Assembly (NCBI GenBank): GCA_032250835.1
Contig: JAVVEA010000014.1
Span: 1-64,000, forward strand
Origin: a bacterium
GTDB taxonomy: Bacteria > SAR324 > XYD2-FULL-50-16
Reading direction: 5' to 3'
Length of the DNA: 64,000 bases
Shown here piece by piece: positions 19,896 through 29,453 of this stretch (position 1 is the first letter of the stretch; each line of letters begins with the position of its first letter). The notes under the pieces are model-generated. The model searched no databases. It saw only the letters and a program-made list of their open reading frames with translations, and was not told the origin of the DNA. Position numbers and translations under genes: made by a program.

Positions 19896-22800
19896 CTAGT
19901 GTCCGTTGGTGCTGTATCGGTAGAGGCTGATCCCGGTCAAGGTGCCGTTGGTGAAGGTTCCGGCAGAGACCAAGGCCCCGTGGCCCTGGTAGGCCCCGAT
20001 GTTGGGGGTTAGGAGACAGGCTTCATTGGACTCGCAGAGGCCGTTTTCGTTGCCGATGCTGTCATCCAGAATTTCCACCGCATGGTTCAAAAAGGTGCTG
20101 ACGCATTTTTCGGTGCTGTTCCAGTCACCGGCATGCCAAGTGCGTGCAGACCAAGTGCGCGCTGCCCAGGTTTGGGCCGTCCAGGTGGCCGCCGCCGTAC
20201 CACAGGCCGTGGAGTCCAGCGAAGTCCCGTTGGAACAGGTTCCGCATTTAAGCTGGGTGTTTTTCGCGGGGTCCGAACAAACGCCCGCCGCCCAGGTCCA
20301 GGTGGTCCAAGTCGCTCCGGCAGCGATACAGGCGGCGTTGTCGCCCATGGCGGGGTTGCTACAGACACCGCAGACCGACTGGGTCGTTTTAAGGGCTTCG
20401 GTGCAGGTGTTGACGCAGTTGGCCGAGGTGGTTTGGTTGGTGTCCGAGCAGGTGCTGACACAAGTACCTGATATATCTTTGGTGGTGTCGCTACACCAGC
20501 CCCAGGAAGTACAGGTTGCTTGGGCCGAGATGGCCGGATGGGAGCAGGACCCGGCAATGGTCCAGGTGGCCAGCGCCGTGCTACAGGCCGCCGCAGTGGT
20601 GGCGGTGCCGTTGGAGCAACTGCCCGTCCAAACTGCTCCGGGGACCTGATCGCAGGCGGCCTTATTGATGGCATTCCAGATTTGCCGGTTTACGTCATTG
20701 CCGGTGGGCAGCGTGGTGTGGACCGCCCGCAGGGTGCTGTCGGTGGCTTTTAAGCTATAGTCCCAAACTGCACAGTTGCCGGTTGTGCAGCGGCCCCGGT
20801 GGGTGGTGGCGAAGCTACTCCCCCCGCTTTTGCCCCAGGCACGGTAGCTATTTTCAAAACTGCTCCAATCGGTGATGCTGCCCACCGCCGCTTCGCCCAG
20901 GGTTTGGGTGGTGTTGTTGGTGGTGTCGTTAGCCCCGACAAGCCCCACAAAGGCCGACGAAATCGGCTGGTTTTGGCGCAACACAAAGTTTGAAGGCGGG
21001 TTGGCCCCGACGCAACTTGAGTTGATCCCCGCAACTTTCTGTAAAAAGGAAACGGCACAGTCAGTGCTGTTCCCGCCGAAGAGCAACAGCCCCAAAAAGC
21101 CATCGGCATTGGATTCCAACATCCAGGTGTTAGAATAGCCGGTGTTACCCGATTGGCCCGAGGCCACGTCAACCCATTGACCATAGGTACCGAAGGTCCC
21201 GGTGGCTAGGCCATGAACGGCACTATTGACCGCAACACTGTTAATGTAGCTGTTGTTATAAGAATAGCTTAGGTTGATTCCGTTGCTGCCACTGTTGGCT
21301 AGGGTCGCGTTCAGGTAGAGCAGGTGGGTCGCTTGGAAGGAAGTGATCGCCGCTGCCCCGTTGTTGCTGGCCACTAGGCCAAAAAACGCGTGGTTGACAT
21401 CACCCCACCAACTGACCCCACTTCCATTGTTGTTGCTAGCCACCAGATCGATAAATTGGACCCAACTGCCTCCAGTAAAGCCACTCAATCCGTGGGAAGT
21501 ATTGTTGTGGAGTCTTAGTTTACGCGCCCTAGCTCCATTGCTCCTCAGGTCAAAGCCCGAACCGCCGTTGCCGAAGGATTTGAGGTCATACAAGCTGGCG
21601 TAGTGCGCCCCGTTGAGGTACAGACCATGGCTGCCGCTACCGCTGACAGAAATTGACTCAAGCCGGGTCCCGGTAGAACTGGCGAGGTAGACCCCCTGGC
21701 TGCTCGCGCCGGACACCGTAAGGTTTCGCAGCACCGCAAAGTTGGCCGCTGAGCCCGAGAGCCCATAGGCTGAGCCGCCGGTGCTCGCATTAATAGTCCC
21801 TTCGACCCAAGCAAATTTTTGGCTTAAGGTGATCACATTCCCGGTCGCTCCTGTTAAGGTCACCCCCGGCTTGACCACCACCGCCGTTTTGGCGGTGCCC
21901 AGGGTTAAGTTAGTGCCGGGATTGCTGGTGAAGGCATAGATCGTCCCGGTGGCGTTTAGCGCTGTGGAGTTTTCCACAATAGGGTTGCTCCACCATTTGC
22001 CCGCAGCGGTCTGGAGCACCAGAGTACCGTTCTTGCGGATCGAAACGGCGTTATCCTTAAAAGCTAAAGGACTCACGGTCCAATCAATCAGGTCCGAGAG
22101 GTGCTTTTGGTTGGCCAATCCCTTGGAAACAATCCGCACCGGCCCGCTGAGGCATTCCCAATCGAAGGCTCCCAGGGCATCGGTAGCGGTCACACCGGTA
22201 CAACTAGCGACGCTGCTGGGCAGACTGACCACAAACCGTTCCCCACCGTGCAAGCAGGCCTGCCAGCCCGTTTCGGTGCCGGCACAGGCGGTGTTGCTGG
22301 CCTTGTATGGGCTGGGGATGGGCGTGGTGGTGGTGTCGTCGTTTTTATAAAAATCCATCCATTGGGCGGCATTCGAATAGAGCGCCCCAAAGCCCGCGTA
22401 TACCGTAAACCCCTGGGCCTGGGTTTGGGTCGCGCTGAGGTATTTGCCCAGGGCGCTTTTGGCGGCGCTGGTCACCCGTATCTTATAGGTGGTGCCGTTG
22501 TTTAGTTCTGCTGATGAGATGGTGAAGGTCTTGTTGCCGTTGCTGGCGACCATCGGGCTGGCCAAGGCAGCGCAGTTGGCAAAATCATCGGAAGAAACCT
22601 GAACGGTGCCGTTGCAACCATAATCAAGGGTCAGGGTGCTGGGGTCCATGGCTTCGGAAAAGGTGACCGAAAGGCTGCTGCTTGGGTGCACCCCTAAGGT
22701 CCCATCAGCGGGGATCGAAGACACCAAGGTGGGTACCGCTGGGGCTTGGGTAGTGAAACCAGAAGAAAGGTATTGTTTGTCTAGGGCGTTACCCGAGGTA

Positions 22801-23915
22801 TCTTTAATGGATCTTAAGACTTTAATTTTATAGGTAGTTTCGTATTCCAAGGGGCTTAAGAAGCTCCAAAGAAAGGACTGGTTGCCCGAAGCTGCCGTTG
22901 CTTGGGCGCTGAAGGGAACGCAGGTGGCAAAGTCGTCTTTGGAGACCTGCACCGAACCGGTGCAGGCGGTGCCGCTGGTGGAAACGGTCAGGGTAGCGGG
23001 GTTGAGGGCCTCGGAGAACTGCAAACCCAGCTGGGTGGTGATGGCCACGCTGGTAGCGCCCGAGGCCGGATAGAGCGAGGTGGCCGAAGGCGCGGTGCGG
23101 TCGATGGCCAAGCCGGTAGAAAAGCCCTGGGTCACATATTCAGCCGGCGGGCCATTGTCTAAGAGGTCGCGCAGGTCTTCAGTCAGTTTGATCCGGTAGG
23201 TGGTGTTTTCAGCCAAAGGGGCGGCGGGGGTTAGACTGAAGGTCTTGCCCGAATTGCTAGCCACCGGTTGGCTGGTCATGGGCACGCAGGTAAAAAACTG
23301 GTCTGCCGAGACCTGCACCGAGCCGCTACATTGAGGGCCCGTAAGGTTCGTGGTCACCGTCGAGCCGGCCAAGGGTTCGGTGAATTCTAAGGCAATTTGC
23401 GTTGTCAGGGCAACCTGGGTGGCCGCGTCGGCCGGGACCATGCTGGCCACCTGCGGGGCATTGTGCAGGCCGATGGGCAAGGTCAGTTCTTGGGTGTCCG
23501 CCGCCACGCTGAACACATCGGACAGGCCGATTCGTATGGGGCGTAGTTGGGTCAGTTGGGCCGCCGTAACCGCCTTGGGGTACTGGGCCTTGATCAGCCG
23601 CATGGAGGTATCTAGGGGTAAGTCTAAGACCACCTGATTGTTGCTGGCATCGGCCAAAGCCCGGTCGAAGGCCCCGGTGATCGCTTCGCGGTTGTTGACC
23701 GATTCTCGGCTCGCATCGACGGCGTAAACCACCAAGGTACCCGCACCGGTGATTTGCGCTCGGGAATCGGGCAGCTGGCTCCAGGGTAAATCCAAAGAAA
23801 CCTGGGCTCGGTAGGTTTCGCGGTGGCCGTTGTCCCGGTTTTGGCAGCTACCGATCCCCAACAGAGAAAGGGCCAAGAGCAGGCCTTCTTTTAGGTACAA
23901 TTTGCGCGGTTTCAT
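19896..23915 (-). CDS. 1339-aa surface lipoprotein: three Ig-like (Big_5-type) domains, beta-helix region, Cys/Trp-rich modules
   Basis: Lipobox LGIGSC; three P.dGa..V......FSE....VQVS.D.F..C...TTY.I repeats; Asn/Gly-rich beta-helix-like repeats. Confidence 0.85.
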   Translation of the reverse strand: MKPRKLYLKEGLLLALSLLGIGSCQNRDNGHRETYRAQVSLDLPWSQLPDSRAQITGAGTLVVYAVDASRESVNNREAITGAFDRALADASNNQVVLDLPLDTSMRLIKAQYPKAVTAAQLTQLRPIRIGLSDVFSVAADTQELTLPIGLHNAPQVASMVPADAATQVALTTQIALEFTEPLAGSTVTTNLTGPQCSGSVQVSADQFFTCVPMTSQPVASNSGKTFSLTPAAPLAENTTYRIKLTEDLRDLLDNGPPAEYVTQGFSTGLAIDRTAPSATSLYPASGATSVAITTQLGLQFSEALNPATLTVSTSGTACTGSVQVSKDDFATCVPFSAQATAASGNQSFLWSFLSPLEYETTYKIKVLRSIKDTSGNALDKQYLSSGFTTQAPAVPTLVSSIPADGTLGVHPSSSLSVTFSEAMDPSTLTLDYGCNGTVQVSSDDFANCAALASPMVASNGNKTFTISSAELNNGTTYKIRVTSAAKSALGKYLSATQTQAQGFTVYAGFGALYSNAAQWMDFYKNDDTTTTPIPSPYKASNTACAGTETGWQACLHGGERFVVSLPSSVASCTGVTATDALGAFDWECLSGPVRIVSKGLANQKHLSDLIDWTVSPLAFKDNAVSIRKNGTLVLQTAAGKWWSNPIVENSTALNATGTIYAFTSNPGTNLTLGTAKTAVVVKPGVTLTGATGNVITLSQKFAWVEGTINASTGGSAYGLSGSAANFAVLRNLTVSGASSQGVYLASSTGTRLESISVSGSGSHGLYLNGAHYASLYDLKSFGNGGSGFDLRSNGARARKLRLHNNTSHGLSGFTGGSWVQFIDLVASNNNGSGVSWWGDVNHAFFGLVASNNGAAAITSFQATHLLYLNATLANSGSNGINLSYSYNNSYINSVAVNSAVHGLATGTFGTYGQWVDVASGQSGNTGYSNTWMLESNADGFLGLLLFGGNSTDCAVSFLQKVAGINSSCVGANPPSNFVLRQNQPISSAFVGLVGANDTTNNTTQTLGEAAVGSITDWSSFENSYRAWGKSGGSSFATTHRGRCTTGNCAVWDYSLKATDSTLRAVHTTLPTGNDVNRQIWNAINKAACDQVPGAVWTGSCSNGTATTAAACSTALATWTIAGSCSHPAISAQATCTSWGWCSDTTKDISGTCVSTCSDTNQTTSANCVNTCTEALKTTQSVCGVCSNPAMGDNAACIAAGATWTTWTWAAGVCSDPAKNTQLKCGTCSNGTSLDSTACGTAAATWTAQTWAARTWSARTWHAGDWNSTEKCVSTFLNHAVEILDDSIGNENGLCESNEACLLTPNIGAYQGHGALVSAGTFTNGTLTGISLYRYSTNGH

Positions 23916-24832
23916 TGGTCAATCATCTGGATTTTGATGCGGCGGGCCTTGAGCCGCTCTGATTCGTTGACTTGGTCCACCATTTGTTGGATTTCATCTT
24001 TTTTGTTCCTCACCTCTTTGACCACATCGGCCGCTCTGCCCGCCCCCGCTGGGTTGTTGGCCTGGGGAGAGTCGAGCGGTTCGGCGGGCTGAACGGCCCC
24101 CTCAACGGGCTGGTTTTCCTCGTCCTTGGGTTTTGGATTGCCCCCTTCTGGGGGGCCTTCAAAAAGGATCTGATCTAACATCTCGTTTTTGGTTTCGGGC
24201 AGTAGGATCTGCTCTACCGCCGCTGGACTCACTTCAACGGGCGCTATGGGGGCTTCGGATTCCACGGATTTGGAGGCGGTACCAGCGGGGATGTCGATGG
24301 TGAAGTCTAGGTTTTGAAGGTTACTAAAGCCCACTAAGCCTTCTAGGGTGACCACGCTGGTCCGGTCCCGGCCACTTTGCACCAAAAAATCGGTTCCCTT
24401 AACGCCCACCAATGCGTTACTGGTGCGGACCCTAAAGACGCGGCGCTGGCCGCTGTTCAATCCGCCTTGCACCGAAAAACGGCCCTTGCCAATGGGTAGG
24501 TGCAGCAGGGTGCCTTGCTCGCCCAGGTCCTGAACCTTCAAAAAACCGTTGGGGTAAAGTTGGATGCTCTCCTTCTGTTCCCGTAAAAGGACCTGGGCTT
24601 GCCCCGCCCCGTCGGTTTGGATCTGATCGCCTACCTGGAGGGGGATGTTTTGGTTGCCCGCTGCAAAGGTTTGGCTCACCACTTGGGGCGTTAAGCGCAG
24701 CAGCTTGGCCTTTCCCGCCTGGACGCTCAAAAATCCGGCCGGCTCCTGGGCCCATAGGACCCCCGCTCCGGCCCACCAGAGGAGCAGCAACCACAAAAGC
24801 AGCGGTAGGATGAGGCGGCGGTTAGATTCCAT
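23912..24832 (-). CDS. FecR-domain exported protein
   Basis: LQVGDQIQT...FRVRTSNALVGVKGTDFLV...VTLEGLV; ATGA overlap with the downstream gene. Confidence 0.88.
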   Translation of the reverse strand: MESNRRLILPLLLWLLLLWWAGAGVLWAQEPAGFLSVQAGKAKLLRLTPQVVSQTFAAGNQNIPLQVGDQIQTDGAGQAQVLLREQKESIQLYPNGFLKVQDLGEQGTLLHLPIGKGRFSVQGGLNSGQRRVFRVRTSNALVGVKGTDFLVQSGRDRTSVVTLEGLVGFSNLQNLDFTIDIPAGTASKSVESEAPIAPVEVSPAAVEQILLPETKNEMLDQILFEGPPEGGNPKPKDEENQPVEGAVQPAEPLDSPQANNPAGAGRAADVVKEVRNKKDEIQQMVDQVNESERLKARRIKIQMIDQ

Positions 24833-26057
24833 AAATCAACGAGAAGGTGAGGTTATTGTTTTGATAACTGTTCCCATCGACATTCGAAAAATTTTGTAGG
24901 CTTACATGGTCCAGCGCCCACTTCAAGCCCCCGCTCCCGATGGGGCCAATCAAACCCCAGGATATTTCGGACTTAAATGTCTGTTCCTGGGCCTCTTTGC
25001 TGGGGTCGTACTGGGCGTAAGCCTTTTTGCCCAAGAGCAGTGCGCAACGAAATTGGCCCCAACTCCAAAGGTTCCATTGGCCGTCGGCCAGCAATTCGGC
25101 CTCTTGGGTGTCTTGATAAAACCCCAGGGCATCGGACTGTTTGAGACGGACTAGGTTGCGGTAGCTTCCCCACTGGGCTTCATGACGCCAAACCAACTCG
25201 ACTAGCGACTCTAAGCCGCTCAGTTCATAACTAGGCACCTCTGCGGGGGCAAAACGCCGCTCGGTGAGCTTTAGTTTGCCCTCAAGCTGATTTGAGGGGG
25301 TCCAGGGCCAAGCCCAATCTAGCCCCACATAGCCGTCGGACTCCAGGTGGCTTTGCCCGGTCAGCCCCGGCTTCCCGGTAGCCACATGGGCCAAGCCCAG
25401 ATTGGGCTCAAGCTTAAGACCGCTCCAACCGGATTTCCAGCGGATTTCAGCCTGTTCATAGGCCACCTCATTACCCTGCAACTCTGTTTGTACAATCCGC
25501 TCGCGCAACAGCAGCCCGCTGAGTTCGAAGCGCTGGTCACCAATCCCAAAAGTATAATTCGGTATCAGCAACAGACCGTTAGAGGTGAACCCCTGCTGCG
25601 CTGAGGCGGCCTCGCCCAACAGGTTGTCGCCCCGCTGGGCGGTGAGCAGGACCAGCAGGCCCCAGGCCCGCGGCCCCGCCTCTTCGGTCTGGCGTTGCAA
25701 CTCGAAGGGGTATTCCCGCGTTACCCAGCCCGACTCAGTTTTCACTTCAACGCGCACCACGCCACGTTGGCCCATCAGCTGGAACGGAACCGAGAGGTTG
25801 TAATAGTCGCCCTCTTGTAAGGGCTGTTCGACCCCGTCGATTTTTAATTTCTCTATCGGCTCGAAGCTGCTGATGGTGACGTTCATCCGGCCCTGTTCTT
25901 CAGATACCAAGCGGCTCGCCTCGGACTCGTGGGTTTCGCTAAAGATCAACAACCCTTCGGCCCGCCCCCCTGGGGTCCAAAATAGCCATAGGGCCCCGAT
26001 CAGGGTAATCCTCTTGACTAGGGCCGGAACACTGATTTTTGTGGTCTGGTTAAACAT
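24822..26057 (-). CDS. Putative outer-membrane beta-barrel (possibly Slam/DUF560-like)
   Basis: Signal peptide; amphipathic strands; C-terminal NFSNVDGNSYQNNNLTFSLIYGI. Confidence 0.6.
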   Translation of the reverse strand: MFNQTTKISVPALVKRITLIGALWLFWTPGGRAEGLLIFSETHESEASRLVSEEQGRMNVTISSFEPIEKLKIDGVEQPLQEGDYYNLSVPFQLMGQRGVVRVEVKTESGWVTREYPFELQRQTEEAGPRAWGLLVLLTAQRGDNLLGEAASAQQGFTSNGLLLIPNYTFGIGDQRFELSGLLLRERIVQTELQGNEVAYEQAEIRWKSGWSGLKLEPNLGLAHVATGKPGLTGQSHLESDGYVGLDWAWPWTPSNQLEGKLKLTERRFAPAEVPSYELSGLESLVELVWRHEAQWGSYRNLVRLKQSDALGFYQDTQEAELLADGQWNLWSWGQFRCALLLGKKAYAQYDPSKEAQEQTFKSEISWGLIGPIGSGGLKWALDHVSLQNFSNVDGNSYQNNNLTFSLIYGI

Positions 26058-26423
26058 CTAGTTTCGACCTTACAGGGTCAAAGGTTTGCTCCTGTGAGCT
26101 TGCACGCCTGCCCTGTCGGATTCCCGTTCCACTCTCTTCTTCCCTAAAGAAAGTGGTGGGAACGAGGTACCAGCCTACAATCTAGCGCTTCTATTTGGAG
26201 TCTGCCGAGAATAAAGAAGGTCAATCTGCAAACCAAGCCAGACTTAGCTTTAAGGCCCACCGATGAACTATCTCAAGCTTGATTTTGGATTAGGTCAAAA
26301 AAGGTTTAAATAGAAAAGCTCTTTTTTCGGGGGCCAGAATATAACCTAAGGGTCTGTTCTTGACCAATTTAGGCAAAGCGGTATGCTTGGACTGCCCTAG
26401 TTCTTTTAACGAAAAGGTCTCCG

Positions 26424-29216
26424 ATGCGACAGCTTTATGCTCTTTTTCTTTTTCTATGCCTTCCCTGGGCTTTAACCGCTGCACCTCTGATGCAAGAGGG
26501 GTTGCTGGATTGTAGTCGCTGCAGCAAGGAACAATTAAAATCCATTCATTTGGACGGCCGCTGGCGCTTTTTCCCCAACCAATTAATCACCGAACCCGAA
26601 GAAGGAGTCGAGCCCCGGTGGGTCCAACTGCCTGCGGTATGGACTTCCGAGGACTTTGGGATTCCCTTTGGGCCTTGGGGGTATGGGACCTACTACCTGA
26701 AATTATTGCTTCCGCCTGAGGCGGGCCCTTTGGCGTTACACCTACCGATAGTCCGGTCTTCGGCTAAGCTATACCTTAATGGAAATCTGTATTGGGAAGA
26801 AGGCCGGGTTGAGCGCAGCCGCGAAACCTACCAGCCGGACTTAGCGCCCCACGTGGTCCGCTTCCCAGAAGGCGAGAACTCAGTAGACTTGATGCTTCAG
26901 GTCGCTAATTTTGACTACCTCCGCGGCGGCGTTGCCCAGTCTATCAACCTAGGCCATGAGGATGTGCTGGACGCGCAGCGGCACCGGATGTTGACTCTGG
27001 ACCTTTTGGTTATGTCGGCTCTTTGGATTTTAGGGGCCTATAGCTTAAGCCTTTTTGCTTTCCACCGTTACGACCGCCGGACCCTCTATTTTGGGCTTAC
27101 CTGCTTGGCCCTTTCGGTCCGCATCTTGGGACAAGGGGATATCTTGGCCCAGGGTTGGTTTGTGGGGCAATTTGAATTACTTTCTAAAATCCGCAATTTG
27201 CCCGACTGTTTGGCCATGGTTTTCTTTGTTTTATTCACCAAACAGTTATTCCCCCTAGATTTACCCCGCTGGGTTTTAAGGTTTCTGGTCGCCTCCGGGC
27301 TGCTTGGTGCCTCGGCTTCGTTGTTGTTAAGCTTTCGCTACTACGGCTGGGTCGAAATCTTTATGGAATATGCCTATTTGGCGGCGGTAGCGGCGGGGGT
27401 TTTTGTCGGCCTAAGGGCAACCAGGAACCAGCGGCAGGGGGCCTGGGGCTATTTGCTCAGCTTCGCCGTGTTTGCGCCGACTATCGTCAACGATGTGCTT
27501 TATTCCCAGGGAGTGATCCACACCGCTTATATCGGATCATTTGGTATTGTACTGTTTTTGTTTGTTCAATCCATCCAAATAAACCTGAATTTTTCTAGGG
27601 CCTTTCAAGAGGTCGAAATCCTCTCGACTCAATTGGAGGCAAGCAACCAGGAGCTACTTGAGCTTGACCGCCTCAAAGACCAGTTTTTGGCCAACACGTC
27701 GCACGAACTGCGCACCCCCTTGCAGGGGATCATCGGCATTGCCGAAAGCTTTCCACCTGCCGAATTGGCTCGGATGACCGACCTGGGGCGGGCCAATTTG
27801 GAGCTGATCAGCTATTCGGCTAAGCGGCTGTCCAACTTAGTGACGGACCTATTGGACATTACCTTGATCCGAGACGGTCAAATGCGGCTGCATCTTGCCG
27901 CCTTGGATTTGCGGGTCTTGACCGATGCGATCTTCAAACTGGTTGAGGTGTCGCACAGCCGCCCTGAGGTTAAACTACAGCACCAAATCCCCCCTGATTT
28001 CCCACTGGTCTGGGCCGATTCAAACCGCATCCAACAGGTACTGTATAATTTGATCGATAACGCCCTAAAATTCACCAAAGAAGGCCAAATCAACGTACGG
28101 GCCACCTATGATTTAAACTTTGCGCGAGTCGAGGTCCAAGATACCGGCGTGGGTATTCCCGCTGAGACTTTAGGTAAGATATTTGAACCCTTTACCCAGG
28201 TTTCCACCGGTGACCGTGCCCAGTTTAAAGGTACCGGTTTGGGGCTGAGTATCGCCCGCGAACTGACCGAGTTGCAGGGCGGCAGCATCGAAATCTTTAG
28301 TGCCTTGGGCGCGGGAACCACCGTGGTCTGCTACTTTCCCTTGGCTGAAGAAACAAGGGAGACTTCTGGCCAAGTGATCACCTTGGTGGAACGCCGCAAA
28401 AGCCGTCGGGGCTTTTATCCCTTTTTGGAGCAAGAGAGCCAGCCCAAACTGGTTAAAGAAACCAGTCCAACCGAGGCCCACCGGGGCCGGATTATGGTGG
28501 TTGATGATGAAGTGATCAGCCTGCAAGCGCAGTTGAACCTCTTACAGAACCAGGGTTTTGACGTGATCGCCCTGCAGGATGGGTTTGAGGCCCTAAAGGA
28601 ACTAGAAAAGGGGTTGCCCGCCTTGATCTTGGTGGATTTAATGATGCCGCGCATGAGCGGTTTGGAGTTGTGTCAGCGGATACGCGAGCTATGGGAGCCC
28701 GACGAACTGCCGATCATTGTGGTGACCGCTAAAACCCAGGTGCAGGTCAAGGCCGAGGTCTTTGAGGCCGGCGCCAACGACTATTTAAGCAAACCCTTCG
28801 ACCCCGTGGAGCTTGTTGCGCGGGTGGATAACCAAATCCGGCTTTGCAATTTAAAGGGGCTGCAAAAGGAATTAGAACAACTGCGTTCGGGCAGCAGCGA
28901 ACCATTTGACGGCCTCTTGGTGCGGTTGATGGTGCGGGCATTAAATATCTGGGAACTCACCACCGGCCTGGGCAAGGTCGAACTGGCCGAACAGAGCGGG
29001 ATTTGGAATGTTTACCTAGACGGCTCTACCTATAAAACCCGCACCCTAGACCGCTACCTCTCCACCGCCAAGCTACCCAAACGCCCCCGCTGGCGCGACG
29101 TCTTAGCCACCGCCGAGTTTGTCGCTCTCCAGCCCAATCTCTCACCGGGCCAGCGCGAAGAGCTATCCCAGCTGAAGGCCCAAATCGAAAAACTGGTTTT
29201 TAATCAGGTTTCGTGA
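26424..29216 (+). CDS. 7TM-DISM-like hybrid kinase: extracellular jelly-roll, 7TM, HisKA, HATPase, REC, ChiS-like DNA-binding domain
   Basis: LDGRWRF..GYGTY; multi-TM; NTSHELRTPL; VDDE/DLMMP/SKPF; C-terminal WELTTGLGKVELAEQSGIW..RTLDRYL..LPKRPRW. Confidence 0.9.
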   Translation: MRQLYALFLFLCLPWALTAAPLMQEGLLDCSRCSKEQLKSIHLDGRWRFFPNQLITEPEEGVEPRWVQLPAVWTSEDFGIPFGPWGYGTYYLKLLLPPEAGPLALHLPIVRSSAKLYLNGNLYWEEGRVERSRETYQPDLAPHVVRFPEGENSVDLMLQVANFDYLRGGVAQSINLGHEDVLDAQRHRMLTLDLLVMSALWILGAYSLSLFAFHRYDRRTLYFGLTCLALSVRILGQGDILAQGWFVGQFELLSKIRNLPDCLAMVFFVLFTKQLFPLDLPRWVLRFLVASGLLGASASLLLSFRYYGWVEIFMEYAYLAAVAAGVFVGLRATRNQRQGAWGYLLSFAVFAPTIVNDVLYSQGVIHTAYIGSFGIVLFLFVQSIQINLNFSRAFQEVEILSTQLEASNQELLELDRLKDQFLANTSHELRTPLQGIIGIAESFPPAELARMTDLGRANLELISYSAKRLSNLVTDLLDITLIRDGQMRLHLAALDLRVLTDAIFKLVEVSHSRPEVKLQHQIPPDFPLVWADSNRIQQVLYNLIDNALKFTKEGQINVRATYDLNFARVEVQDTGVGIPAETLGKIFEPFTQVSTGDRAQFKGTGLGLSIARELTELQGGSIEIFSALGAGTTVVCYFPLAEETRETSGQVITLVERRKSRRGFYPFLEQESQPKLVKETSPTEAHRGRIMVVDDEVISLQAQLNLLQNQGFDVIALQDGFEALKELEKGLPALILVDLMMPRMSGLELCQRIRELWEPDELPIIVVTAKTQVQVKAEVFEAGANDYLSKPFDPVELVARVDNQIRLCNLKGLQKELEQLRSGSSEPFDGLLVRLMVRALNIWELTTGLGKVELAEQSGIWNVYLDGSTYKTRTLDRYLSTAKLPKRPRWRDVLATAEFVALQPNLSPGQREELSQLKAQIEKLVFNQVS

Positions 29217-29453
29217 AAGAGGCGTGCAATTAAGTAAATGCGCGGCTCCAGGAGGGCTCTGGGTATTTATTGGGCAAGTTTTTATAGGCGACCAGCTTAC
29301 CGACAGGTTTTGGTTGAAACTTGGGGTCGGCGCTTTTTTGGAGTTTGGGGTATACTGGCGGCCCTCGGAACCGATCCCTGATCACCTGGACTTTGCATTA
29401 GGCACAAAGCCCTGGCACCAGAAAATAGTTGAGCAGGCCTTTAGAGGTAGGCC

